A stretch of 64,000 bases of DNA from assembly GCA_029856145.1 (NCBI GenBank), contig JAHQWK010000004.1, positions 160,001 through 224,000 on the forward strand, in the 5' to 3' direction. Shown piece after piece: positions 21,741 through 31,152 of the stretch. Within the stretch, counting starts at the first letter, position 1, and every line of letters begins with the position of its first letter. Below the pieces are notes generated by a model. The model was not told the DNA's origin, ran no database searches, and saw nothing but the letters and a program-made list of their open reading frames with translations. A program made the translations under genes and the position numbers. The DNA is from Promethearchaeia archaeon. GTDB lineage: Archaea; Asgardarchaeota; Lokiarchaeia; Sigyniarchaeales; SOKP01.

Positions 21741-22424
21741 TTATTGCATGGAATTTTTTAGATATTTTTCTAGAGATATAATTATATCTTTACATGATTC
21801 TAACATCATTTCTATAAAATTTATTAAATTCTCATTTGATAGACTTTTATTTTCCTTTTTATCTTCTAAAATTAAATCACAAAATCCTTGAATTGTATTA
21901 ATACCACTACGAATTTGTAGATTAAATCTTTCTAATGGAAGAATTTCATTTTTTTTTATATAGATATAGCTTAATTCTTTAAAAAAACTCTCAAATACAT
22001 TTTTATCATCTGATAATATTTTATCTTCACCAATTTTACGAAACATCATTTCAATTTTTCTAAAATGTATTATAGGAATTAAAGGATATTCGATATCACG
22101 AAGTAAAATGATAGAATATAATTGCTTTCCACCTCGAGCATTATTATCTTCGACTTCGATTTTATAGATTTGAGAATAGAAATAATTAAAATCTAAAATT
22201 ACAAATTGATTTTTTGTATTTAAAGCATCTCTTAGAAGATTTCTAATAAAATGTTTCTGTCTTTCAATATTGACTGACGTGTATATAGCTCTTGGTCCTA
22301 GGGTATGATCATATTTACCAATAATTATTATGAAAGGATTTTTTTCTAAAATTGATTGAAAATTCTTATAAGTATCCGAAATTTCATTTTCTATGGATTC
22401 TTTTGTTAAATTTTTTTCTATCAT
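21741..22424 (-). CDS. uDENN/longin-like domain fused to a degenerate His-less HisKA/DHp helix pair
   Basis: IIIGKYDHTLGPRAIY; ARGGKQLYSIILL; C-terminal LQIRSGINTIQGFCDLILE aligns to SHELRTPLNAIIGFADLLLE of the neighbouring kinase. Confidence 0.65.
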   Translation of the reverse strand: MIEKNLTKESIENEISDTYKNFQSILEKNPFIIIIGKYDHTLGPRAIYTSVNIERQKHFIRNLLRDALNTKNQFVILDFNYFYSQIYKIEVEDNNARGGKQLYSIILLRDIEYPLIPIIHFRKIEMMFRKIGEDKILSDDKNVFESFFKELSYIYIKKNEILPLERFNLQIRSGINTIQGFCDLILEDKKENKSLSNENLINFIEMMLESCKDIIISLEKYLKNSMQ

Positions 22425-22658
22425 AAAATTTCCTCATTTCTGAATAAATATTTCTTATCTATATCATTTTCAGAATAATACAATAGAGATTTTTGAATTA
22501 AAATTTTAAATTAATATACACTAAAATAGATACTAATTTGGTATAATAGTAACAAATTTTATTTATTAATTTATTTATTTTACTAAATAATTATTATTCA
22601 GTACAAAAAAATGATAATTTAGTAAAAATTTATAAAACAATAAAATTATTAGTAAAAT

Positions 22659-24158
22659 ATGTCAGAATCTGCAAAAACAATCATAAAATATTTCTGTGAT
22701 CGATTTCTTGACTTAGATTATTATCCAACTAATTTAAAAACCATATTAGATTTGGAATTAGATAAATTACGAAGTATAAAAGATGATGAAATAGAGAAAT
22801 TTAAAAAAATCGATATCGTGAGTCTACGCGACCTTACTAAACTAGAGGATTATGGATTTGAAAATTTGATTGAAAAACTGCATATTGAAAAATCAACTAT
22901 AAAAAATGCTCTTATCGCATCAACTCTTATATCTAACGCTTGGAATAAAAGGAATTTATATCTGAAAAAACAAAAATTGAAGGTTGTAGTGGCTGGTCTT
23001 GATTTCGCGGGTAAAACATCTCTCATAAATAGATTGATTAATGATTATAATTATAATGATATGGCTAATCTAGAACCCACAATAGGAGCAAATGTAGAGG
23101 AATATCAATCTGATAAATTAGATTTAATTCTCTGGGACCTTGGAGGACAGAAAGATCATGTAGACGAATATCTTGCTTCTCCAGAAAGTTTTTTTATAAA
23201 CGTAGATATCATGATATTTGTAATTGATTCACAAGATGATGTTAGATATTTAGAAGCTGTAAACTTTTTGAATGATATAATTGATATTCTCAAATTCTTG
23301 AAAGAGAATCCTTTTATTGTAGTTTTATTGAATAAAGCAGATTTAGATATCAGAAAAGATCCTGATTTTCAAATTAAGCTTGAATATCTAGCAGATAAAA
23401 TTTCAGAGATTTTTAAAAAATCTGAAAATCCTTGGAATTTTGAGATCATTCCCACAAGTATTTATAATTATTATTCTAATCAACCAGAAATAGTTAAAAG
23501 TATTAAAAATATCTTTTCAAAAGGAAAAGAGGAGACAGATAAAGAGATTGTGATACCTGACATTGAAGAAAAATTTCAGAAAATTTTAGATCTTAATCTG
23601 AAATTGATGGATAAATTCGTATCTGAGCTTGCGGAAATTAAACGAGCTTTACTACGATTAAATCCATCAGATATAACTCAATCTCTTTTTTCAGTTCCTT
23701 TCAAAAAAGTACAACCAGATTATATATCTCCAGACTTAAAATCAAATGGAAAAAGTAAAAAAAAGAAGAAGAAAGCTAAAATTGATGAATTTCAAAAAAA
23801 GAAAAAAACTAAAAAAGGTTCAGGACCTCCAAAACCACTGCCAACACACCCTTCTTTAAAAATAGAAGAAGAAAAAATAGTTAAAAACGAAAAACTCACA
23901 ACTAAGAAATTAGAAAAAGTTAAATCTTCTTTAAAATCAAAATCTCAATTATCTAAGATGTCATCTAGTCCACCAACAGCTCCACTAACAACACCTAAAC
24001 AGGATGAAATCAACTTAAATTCGCTTAAACCTCCACCTCCCCCTCCAAGAATTTCAACAAGTGGCAATATTAGATCAACCTCACCTAGAGGTGAAGTCCT
24101 TTCAGAATTAAAAGAAATGTTCTTGAAGCGAGGCTTAGTCAATCGTTATGACTTCTAA
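22659..24158 (+). CDS. Arf-like small GTPase with N-terminal helical domain and C-terminal basic, proline-rich and WH2-like tail
   Basis: GLDFAGKTS, EPTIG, WDLGGQ, NKAD; tail KSKKKKKK...PPPPPP...RGEVLSELKEMFLKRG. Confidence 0.8.
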   Translation: MSESAKTIIKYFCDRFLDLDYYPTNLKTILDLELDKLRSIKDDEIEKFKKIDIVSLRDLTKLEDYGFENLIEKLHIEKSTIKNALIASTLISNAWNKRNLYLKKQKLKVVVAGLDFAGKTSLINRLINDYNYNDMANLEPTIGANVEEYQSDKLDLILWDLGGQKDHVDEYLASPESFFINVDIMIFVIDSQDDVRYLEAVNFLNDIIDILKFLKENPFIVVLLNKADLDIRKDPDFQIKLEYLADKISEIFKKSENPWNFEIIPTSIYNYYSNQPEIVKSIKNIFSKGKEETDKEIVIPDIEEKFQKILDLNLKLMDKFVSELAEIKRALLRLNPSDITQSLFSVPFKKVQPDYISPDLKSNGKSKKKKKKAKIDEFQKKKKTKKGSGPPKPLPTHPSLKIEEEKIVKNEKLTTKKLEKVKSSLKSKSQLSKMSSSPPTAPLTTPKQDEINLNSLKPPPPPPRISTSGNIRSTSPRGEVLSELKEMFLKRGLVNRYDF

Positions 24159-24363
24159 TTAAGTTTATTGATTAAAATAGCTGTATAAGATTTATGTCTT
24201 ATCTTAATACTAACAATGAAATTTCTCACAATCAGAGATATGATATTTATAATTCTTTAGAATTATTTGATCAATTTTAAATATTTATTAGTGTAAAATT
24301 CAACTAAAGAATAGAATAAAAAAATGAATTATTGGATAATTTTCTAATCAAAGGTGAAAGTTC

Positions 24364-25227
24364 ATGTCGAATAGTGACAAAAAAACAAAGGAAATGGAAC
24401 AATATGAGCAAGAGACTGGAAAACAAGCAATTTGGCAGGGAAAAACCACTAAGGGATTCCTAAGATGGAAAAAAGGTGAAAAAAATTATTATGCTGATAA
24501 AAAAAGAATTTCCGTTTATGTATCAAGTGAAACTGAAAGGAATTGGAAGGAATATATTAACACACATAAAATTACTTCATTTTCTAAACTAATTAGAGAA
24601 AGCGTTAATTATTATATTAAAGAAAGATCTAAATTTGGTGGAAATTTATTTCCGGATTTAGAAACTAGTACTAAATCTAAAATGACTCACACTTTGAAAG
24701 AAAAGCTAACAACGATAAAAGGATTTTCGCAATTATTACTTGAAAAATATAGTGGGAATTTAAATGATGAAATAAAAACGATTATTAATAATGTCTTGAA
24801 GGAAACTAAACAATTGGAAAATAAATTCATAGTTCAATTAGAAGAAAAAGAATTTAAACCTTCACAATATGATATTTTACTCATTGAAGATAATTTGTCT
24901 ACTATAGATTTATTGAAAAATTATTTTGAAAGCAAGGGGTATTCTTTTAAAGGAGTATTAACAGGTTTGGAAGGAATTGAAGAACTATCCTCGTCTACTC
25001 CAAAATTAATATTGCTGGATATAATTTTACCAGATGTTAGTGGATATGATATTTGTAAGGACATAAAATCTAATATGAATTTAAAAGAAATACCTGTATT
25101 TTACTTAACTGCTTTACCCGGTATTAACGTAGAGAATAAAATAGAAGAAACAATGGCAGATGGTTTTATTTTAAAACCTTTTGATTTACTAGATTTAGAA
25201 TTTTTATTTGATTATCTCCAAACTTAG
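24364..25227 (+). CDS. Ribbon-helix-helix + HisKA/DHp (no ATPase domain) + receiver protein
   Basis: KKRISVYVS...FSKLIRESVNYYI (RHH-like); THTLKEKLTTIKGFSQLL (H-box-like); IEDN, LDIILPD, LTA, KPF (REC). Confidence 0.75.
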   Translation: MSNSDKKTKEMEQYEQETGKQAIWQGKTTKGFLRWKKGEKNYYADKKRISVYVSSETERNWKEYINTHKITSFSKLIRESVNYYIKERSKFGGNLFPDLETSTKSKMTHTLKEKLTTIKGFSQLLLEKYSGNLNDEIKTIINNVLKETKQLENKFIVQLEEKEFKPSQYDILLIEDNLSTIDLLKNYFESKGYSFKGVLTGLEGIEELSSSTPKLILLDIILPDVSGYDICKDIKSNMNLKEIPVFYLTALPGINVENKIEETMADGFILKPFDLLDLEFLFDYLQT

Positions 25228-25763
25228 CACAAATAGCATTTAAGTCAATTAATTACTTGTTTTAAACATAGTTGTCATTACTTATAATTGGAAGTGAAAT
25301 TTAAATCTAATTCTCCAACCACATTTGAGATATTATTTATTATATATTGATATCTCATTTCGGAATCATGTAATACATTTTCAATTTCAGTCAATTTTTA
25401 TACAACCCTTTTAATTTTTAAGAAGATTAGTAAATTAAGAATTAAATCGTCTTTTTTTTAGTAATTTACGTTATTTTTAATCCTAATCTTTTACCCAATT
25501 TTGAAGTAAGTTAACTTTTTATTTAATAAATTCGATGATAATGTTGAAACTAGATCATAGGCATATTTTTTTGCACTACTAAACTTGATTTAGGTAACCT
25601 TAAAAATAAAAAATTTTATCTCTAGTGTAAATATTAAAAAATTTTGCATCTGATTCAACTTGATAATAATCACTATAATTTCGAGAATTTCAAAGTGTAA
25701 TCGATCATACTTTATTATGTAAAGTGTTACGCAATTATTAAAAGAAAAGAGTATGAATTTAAC

Positions 25764-26714
25764 ATGCCGGAAAAAATAACTTTGATAGGAAGAGCGGGGG
25801 TTGGAAAAACAAGTATACTTAGAGTATTATTCGAAGGAGAATATTCTAAAGATCTTATGATTAATCCGCTTGAACCTACACGTGGTATAATACCTAAGAT
25901 TTATTCATGGATGGACATAGAATTAAGTATTTTTGACACTTCCGGACAAGAATTACCATTTCTGTTAGAGGATGAGAATGAACAGATGATCGCCTTTGAT
26001 AAGGTTGCTATTGTTATCTACATCTTTGATTATCCAAATTGGATAAATCAATCTCAAGATATTGTTAATGAAATAAACATGGTATTCAAAATATTAAAAC
26101 TTAAAAATATTGAAAATAATCTTGTATTAATCTTTCATAAGATTGATTTAATAAAACAAAAAGCTAGTGTTAATTACCAGTTAATGAAAAGTGGAATTAA
26201 AGAACGATTAAATCTCCCAAAAAATATACCTCTTTACCTTACAAGTATATCTCCAGAATTAGATTTCACATCATATAATGCTTTTTCTGAGATATTGAGT
26301 AGTTTATCACAAGATTCCAATAATTTAAAGTTAATTGTTGATGAAAAGATCAGGTTTCTCTCAGAATCGATCTGTTTTATTACTAATAAAGAGAATTTTA
26401 TAATAGTTCAATCAATTACACAAGATTTCAATACAGATTTAATTTATAAATTATATATTTTGGTTTCCTATTATGTAAAATCTATTTCTACAAATAGTGA
26501 TTTTGAAAATGTTATTCATTCAATTGATTCAACGACCCTTACTTTAAGCTTAATTGTTAGTAATCTTGAAAATTTAAATCCAAATCTTAAAAACTTAGTT
26601 TTAATATCGGATACTAATAACAAAGATGATTTATTCAAGGTAAAGGAAAATATAAAGTTAGAGATTGAAAAATATTATGATTCTGCTGATAATAAAAATA
26701 TCAAAAAGAAATAA
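25764..26714 (+). CDS. Rag/Gtr-like GTPase with roadblock-like C-terminal domain
   Basis: GRAGVGKTS, LEPTRG, DTSGQ, HKID, TSI; collinear with the GTPase part of 14333..15658. Confidence 0.82.
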   Translation: MPEKITLIGRAGVGKTSILRVLFEGEYSKDLMINPLEPTRGIIPKIYSWMDIELSIFDTSGQELPFLLEDENEQMIAFDKVAIVIYIFDYPNWINQSQDIVNEINMVFKILKLKNIENNLVLIFHKIDLIKQKASVNYQLMKSGIKERLNLPKNIPLYLTSISPELDFTSYNAFSEILSSLSQDSNNLKLIVDEKIRFLSESICFITNKENFIIVQSITQDFNTDLIYKLYILVSYYVKSISTNSDFENVIHSIDSTTLTLSLIVSNLENLNPNLKNLVLISDTNNKDDLFKVKENIKLEIEKYYDSADNKNIKKK

Positions 26715-26813
26715 CAACTGAAAATCACTATATTTTCTTAGGTAATTTCTATTCTAATTCTGAAAATTGTTAAGGAATATTAAACATAATATATTTCTAT
26801 TAAGATCCTTCAT

Positions 26814-27103
26814 TTAAGTGTAAATATGTGAAAAAGTCTCTACAGTTTTTACAATATCTGTAGCTAAATAATTTTACTTAAACACTGAAGCAAAGAAAGC
26901 ACGATCTCTTGGGTTGAAATAATTATACCCAAACTTTTTCCATTCAATACTGACTTGTAAAGGGGCAAAAAGAGAAATCTGATCTTTCATTAAATTCATC
27001 AATAATAAGTTTCTCTCTTGCAGAGTATTATTAGATATAGTATTTAATAAAATACATTCACTAAAAAAATCCCAAGAATCCTTAAATTGAATACAGAATT
27101 TTT
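26814..27103 (-). pseudogene. Degenerate copy of the 3' end of the amidohydrolase gene (29574..29863)
   Basis: Ungapped nucleotide similarity at offset 2760 (taaatatgtgaaaaagt..., tagctaaataatt..., cattcaatact...); CAG>TAA premature stop at 26874-26876. Confidence 0.9.
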
Positions 27104-27105
27104 AT

Positions 27106-27201
27106 ATAGAAGGAAGGAGAAAAGGATTATTATTATATTGATAATAAAAGAAATTCTGGCTCTGTATCAAGTGAAACTGAAAAGAATTGGTAGAAATTTA
27201 T
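27106..27201 (+). pseudogene. Relic fragment of the RHH-DHp-REC gene (about 24463..24556)
   Basis: tgtatcaagtgaaactgaaaagaattgg versus tgtatcaagtgaaactgaaaggaattgg; the following AAG has become TAG. Confidence 0.75.
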
Positions 27202-27210
27202 GAATTATTT

Positions 27211-28764
27211 TTATTGTCCCTTTATATCATCATCTATATTCTTTATAATTGGTAGTGAAAAATGGAATATACTTCCTTTATTTTTACCTTTTGATTCAAC
27301 CCATATCTTCCCTCCATGTAAATCTATAATCTCTTTTGAGAAATATAGCCCTAATCCAATCCCATCAGAAATTATGTCCCAACCTTTTCCATATCTCTCA
27401 ATCTTTCCAAACGGTCTAAATAATTGTTCTATTTCTTTTTTCTGTAAACCTATTCCATTATCTTTAATAGAGATTATTATAGATTTTTTATTGATTCGAG
27501 ATTGAATAGTAATATTACCTTCTTTAGGTGTAAATTTAATTGCATTCTGTAAGAGATTTATAAATACGCTATAAATTTTATTTTTATCAAAATCTATAAA
27601 TAGTTTATCATGAATATCTATAATTAATGTGTGTTTTCTTAATTTAATCAATCCCTCCATCTCTGCTATACTCTCTTTAATTAAATCATGTAGATTTTCC
27701 CGATTTAAATTTAATTCTATTAACTGCCTATCTAACATTATACATTCTATGAAATGATCTATAAGTAATTTCAGCTTATCTGCTCCTTTATCGATCTTCT
27801 TCAAAGATGATATTGTATCATTATCTAGATTTTTCCTAGTCTCTGTTAGTAAAAATTTAGAAAATCCCTTAATAGATATGAGAGGTGTTTTGAACTCATG
27901 TGAAAACCTTGTTAATAAATTTGATTTCATTTCTTCCATCTCTTTTCTTTCAGTAATATCTTGCACCCATAATCTTAGAGTCGCCAAAGATCCATCATCT
28001 TGATAATGAGGTAAGATTTTTCCTGATAACCAAATAATTCTCCCTTCTTTGTTAATTATTTTAAACTCTATATTTCTTTCATCAAATAATTTTTTAATAT
28101 TATGAATATCTTCTGGATATACCGCTTTATAAAAAACTCCTTCATTTTTTAGTTCTTCTTGGGTATAACCAATAATCTCTAACAATCTAGGATTAATATA
28201 AATAACTCCTCCTTTTGTAGAATCAATCTCCAATAACCCCATTGAAGATGTTTCGATTAAATTCCGATATTTTTTTTCCGATTCTTTTAATTTTTGCTCG
28301 GCTTTCTTATGTTCGGTAATGTCTCTTAAGAATCCTTTATATCCGATTTTTTCTCCCTTAATATTGTATCTTAAATAATCAGAGGAATCAACAAATAATT
28401 TTTTCCCATTCTTTGTGATAATTTCATATTCACCTGAATTAAATCCTTTTCCTGCTTTATATAGGTTGTTAAACCCACTTAATACTTTCTTTCTAGTTTC
28501 TTCATCGTATAATTGACTATATTTCATATTCATTAAGTCTTCATTTGTATAACCAGTACACTCTCGTATTACGTTATTGCAATAAGTAAAATTACCTTTA
28601 AGATCAAGTTCAAAATAACCATCCTTAAGAATTTCTATTATATTCTTATATTTTTCTTCTAATTTTTTAATGGATTCTTCTAATTCTTTTATTTGTATAA
28701 GTAAATAATTGCTATCCCTTTCATATTCGTTCTTATTTTTTTCTAAATCTTGTTTAAAATGAAT
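27211..28764 (-). CDS. PAS-PAS-HisKA-HATPase histidine kinase with probable ATT start
   Basis: FSHEFKTPL, NLLQNAIKF, DNGIGL, GIGLGL. The frame stays open 77 codons upstream of ATG 28533 and encodes the first half of PAS1 (LEEKYKNIIEILKDGYFELDLKGNFTYCN), back to ATT 28764 placed 8 nt after GAGGT. Confidence 0.85.
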   Translation of the reverse strand: MHFKQDLEKNKNEYERDSNYLLIQIKELEESIKKLEEKYKNIIEILKDGYFELDLKGNFTYCNNVIRECTGYTNEDLMNMKYSQLYDEETRKKVLSGFNNLYKAGKGFNSGEYEIITKNGKKLFVDSSDYLRYNIKGEKIGYKGFLRDITEHKKAEQKLKESEKKYRNLIETSSMGLLEIDSTKGGVIYINPRLLEIIGYTQEELKNEGVFYKAVYPEDIHNIKKLFDERNIEFKIINKEGRIIWLSGKILPHYQDDGSLATLRLWVQDITERKEMEEMKSNLLTRFSHEFKTPLISIKGFSKFLLTETRKNLDNDTISSLKKIDKGADKLKLLIDHFIECIMLDRQLIELNLNRENLHDLIKESIAEMEGLIKLRKHTLIIDIHDKLFIDFDKNKIYSVFINLLQNAIKFTPKEGNITIQSRINKKSIIISIKDNGIGLQKKEIEQLFRPFGKIERYGKGWDIISDGIGLGLYFSKEIIDLHGGKIWVESKGKNKGSIFHFSLPIIKNIDDDIKGQ

Positions 28765-29228
28765 TTTTTTTTACCTCTTTAGATTCTAATTAAATAGGAT
28801 TCATATGAATTTTTATAAAGAATCCAATTCATAACTAATATATTTAGATTTCCATGTTTTGAAAATCCAAGATTTTTCTCAGTGAAATTTAAGTAAGGAA
28901 CTTGTAAAACAATTAAAACCATTTTTAATTATTAGAGTAATCATTTATCCTGCCTAACTCTATTTTTTTACTGCTTCAGCTAATTGTTATAAGCTACCCT
29001 ATTTTGAGAACTTTTATTGTAATATCAAAACTTTGAGATAAATACGTTACCAGTTTCACTTATAAATATTTCCATTAAAGAGTAAAACAATGAGTAGAAG
29101 CTTTCTTTTCAACAAATTCAAATTATGGATAGTATAAAAAACCACGATTTTTTAATTTTGCTTGTCATTGACAAAAAAGTCAATCGAGGAAAAAGATATT
29201 ATAATTTAAAGACTAGTAAATCTATAAC

Positions 29229-29399
29229 TCATTTATCCAGGGGTAAAATCTTATTAAAGATTTTTATAAATAGAAGGGATAATTCAGAAAATATATAACT
29301 ATACCATTTAGTAAATAATCGTTTCACCTTTGAAGACTGCTTCTCCTTTAAACTCTTGGCTTCTATTTTATTTTTATGATTCCGCTTATTTATTTTCAT
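29229..29399 (-). CDS. Possible 56-aa small protein with basic N-terminus and amphipathic C-terminus
   Basis: MKINKRNHKNKIEAKSLKEKQSSKVKRLFTKWYSYIFSELSLLFIKIFNKILPLDK; below the track cut-off; no homology recognised. Confidence 0.3.
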   Translation of the reverse strand: MKINKRNHKNKIEAKSLKEKQSSKVKRLFTKWYSYIFSELSLLFIKIFNKILPLDK

Positions 29400-29573
29400 A
29401 TTACTGTCTTTCTGTTAATCTATTGATCTTTAAAGGCGTTAAGGAATACAAAATCCTTTTAAAAGTTCTTCTATAATACTAATTTTTGCCTATTGCTTGT
29501 AGAAAGCTCAATTAAAGGATTAGACTTAGAAATAATTCTGATTTTTTATAGATTTACTGTGAGTATTTACAGA

Positions 29574-31121
29574 TTATGTATAAATATGTGAAAAAGTATC
29601 TACTGTTTTTAAAACATCTGTAGCTAAATAATTCTGCTTAAACACCGAAGCAAAAAAAGCGCGATCTTCAGGGTTGAAGTAATTATAACCAAATTTTTTC
29701 CATTCAATACTAGAATGTAAGGGAGCAAAAAGAGTTATTTGATCTTTCACCAGATTCATTAATAATAAATTTCTTTCTTGTTTGGTTTTATTTGTCAACG
29801 TAGTTAATAAGATATCCTCATTAAAAGTGTCCCAAGTATCTTTAAATTGTAAACAAAACCTTTTAATGTCGATTTTATTTTCAACAATTAACCTTGCTAA
29901 AGCCATTATAGATGTCTCATAAGTACTCATCTTATTTTGATGAAATTGAGGGTTTGAAATAATTATGCTTGGTACAGACTTTGCTTCTTTTTGATTTTGA
30001 GACACATTATACTCTGGTAAAATTCTTAACTGGTTTAATCCAAGTATATTTCTAACATCTGCAATTTTTCCCCCTGTATCAAAGAACTGCTTATTAATAA
30101 TATATACCATTAATTTTTGAGCATGAACATCACCAAAATATGGGTAATCTGAAGCATAGAGGAGATATTCAGACCAATCTCGATTATCTACACTCTTTTT
30201 GTTATTAGATTGAAACCATTTGCGAAAACTTTCAAAAAAATTCCCAGCACCCGCACCATGCAACATTGAAAGATCTCCATATGTGTTTGGCTGGACAATA
30301 GTATTGTATACTTCGTAATCATCAATGTTTCCTTGAGCAAAATGGGCAATTATCACTTTAAAATGAGGTAATAAATCAGGATATTTAGATTGAATTACAT
30401 TTCTTGCAGATCTAATTAATTTTCCAATTTCTAAAATCGAACCCCGACCTCTTGTATCAAAAATAACTGGTAAGGAATAGCTAGCAGCTTCAATAAGAAC
30501 ATTTATTACCTTTTCAGAAGTCATTTTGTCAATATATCCCTCTGACCTAGGATGCAATTTTAAACCTCGAAGTCCTAGTGTCTCTCTTATATATTTCACT
30601 TCATTTACAGCTTTTTGTCCTTCCATTGGATCACAGCGACCATAACCAATTAATTTCATAGAAAATGGAAATCTAGTTGTAAAACGTGAAACATTTATGT
30701 TACTTGCTCTATACAATGCTTCTGGCATTTTCGCCCTAAAAATGTCTTGAAAGGGGAAACACACCCCCATATCTATGAAAGAATAAAATTTGGATTTCTC
30801 TTTTAAATCGGAAAATCTTTTTCCTAACTTTTCAAGCTCACTATAGAGCCTGATTGTAAAAGGAAAGGGTGTAAAAGACCACGAAATTTTTGTAAATTTT
30901 CCATCCATCGTAGTTGTAAAAGACTGTTCTCCAGTCTTTTCCCAATCACTTTTTATTCTACCTTGTACATTACCCCAAAAATCGAACGTCCCAACTCCTG
31001 GAGCTAAAGGGTTCATCATCGTTGCCCCATCTACATCTTGACCAAGATGAGAATGAGCATCAATTACAAGTAAATGTTCTACTCTTTTTTTTCCATCTTG
31101 TTCTATAGTACATGTTAACAT
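29574..31121 (-). CDS. Amidohydrolase family (TIM-barrel metal-dependent hydrolase) with C-terminal extension
   Basis: IDAHSHLG, GLKLHP, IIAHF, YASDYPY. Confidence 0.85.
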   Translation of the reverse strand: MLTCTIEQDGKKRVEHLLVIDAHSHLGQDVDGATMMNPLAPGVGTFDFWGNVQGRIKSDWEKTGEQSFTTTMDGKFTKISWSFTPFPFTIRLYSELEKLGKRFSDLKEKSKFYSFIDMGVCFPFQDIFRAKMPEALYRASNINVSRFTTRFPFSMKLIGYGRCDPMEGQKAVNEVKYIRETLGLRGLKLHPRSEGYIDKMTSEKVINVLIEAASYSLPVIFDTRGRGSILEIGKLIRSARNVIQSKYPDLLPHFKVIIAHFAQGNIDDYEVYNTIVQPNTYGDLSMLHGAGAGNFFESFRKWFQSNNKKSVDNRDWSEYLLYASDYPYFGDVHAQKLMVYIINKQFFDTGGKIADVRNILGLNQLRILPEYNVSQNQKEAKSVPSIIISNPQFHQNKMSTYETSIMALARLIVENKIDIKRFCLQFKDTWDTFNEDILLTTLTNKTKQERNLLLMNLVKDQITLFAPLHSSIEWKKFGYNYFNPEDRAFFASVFKQNYLATDVLKTVDTFSHIYT

Positions 31122-31152
31122 TAATTTATCCTCCAGTTTTTAATAATGGTAA

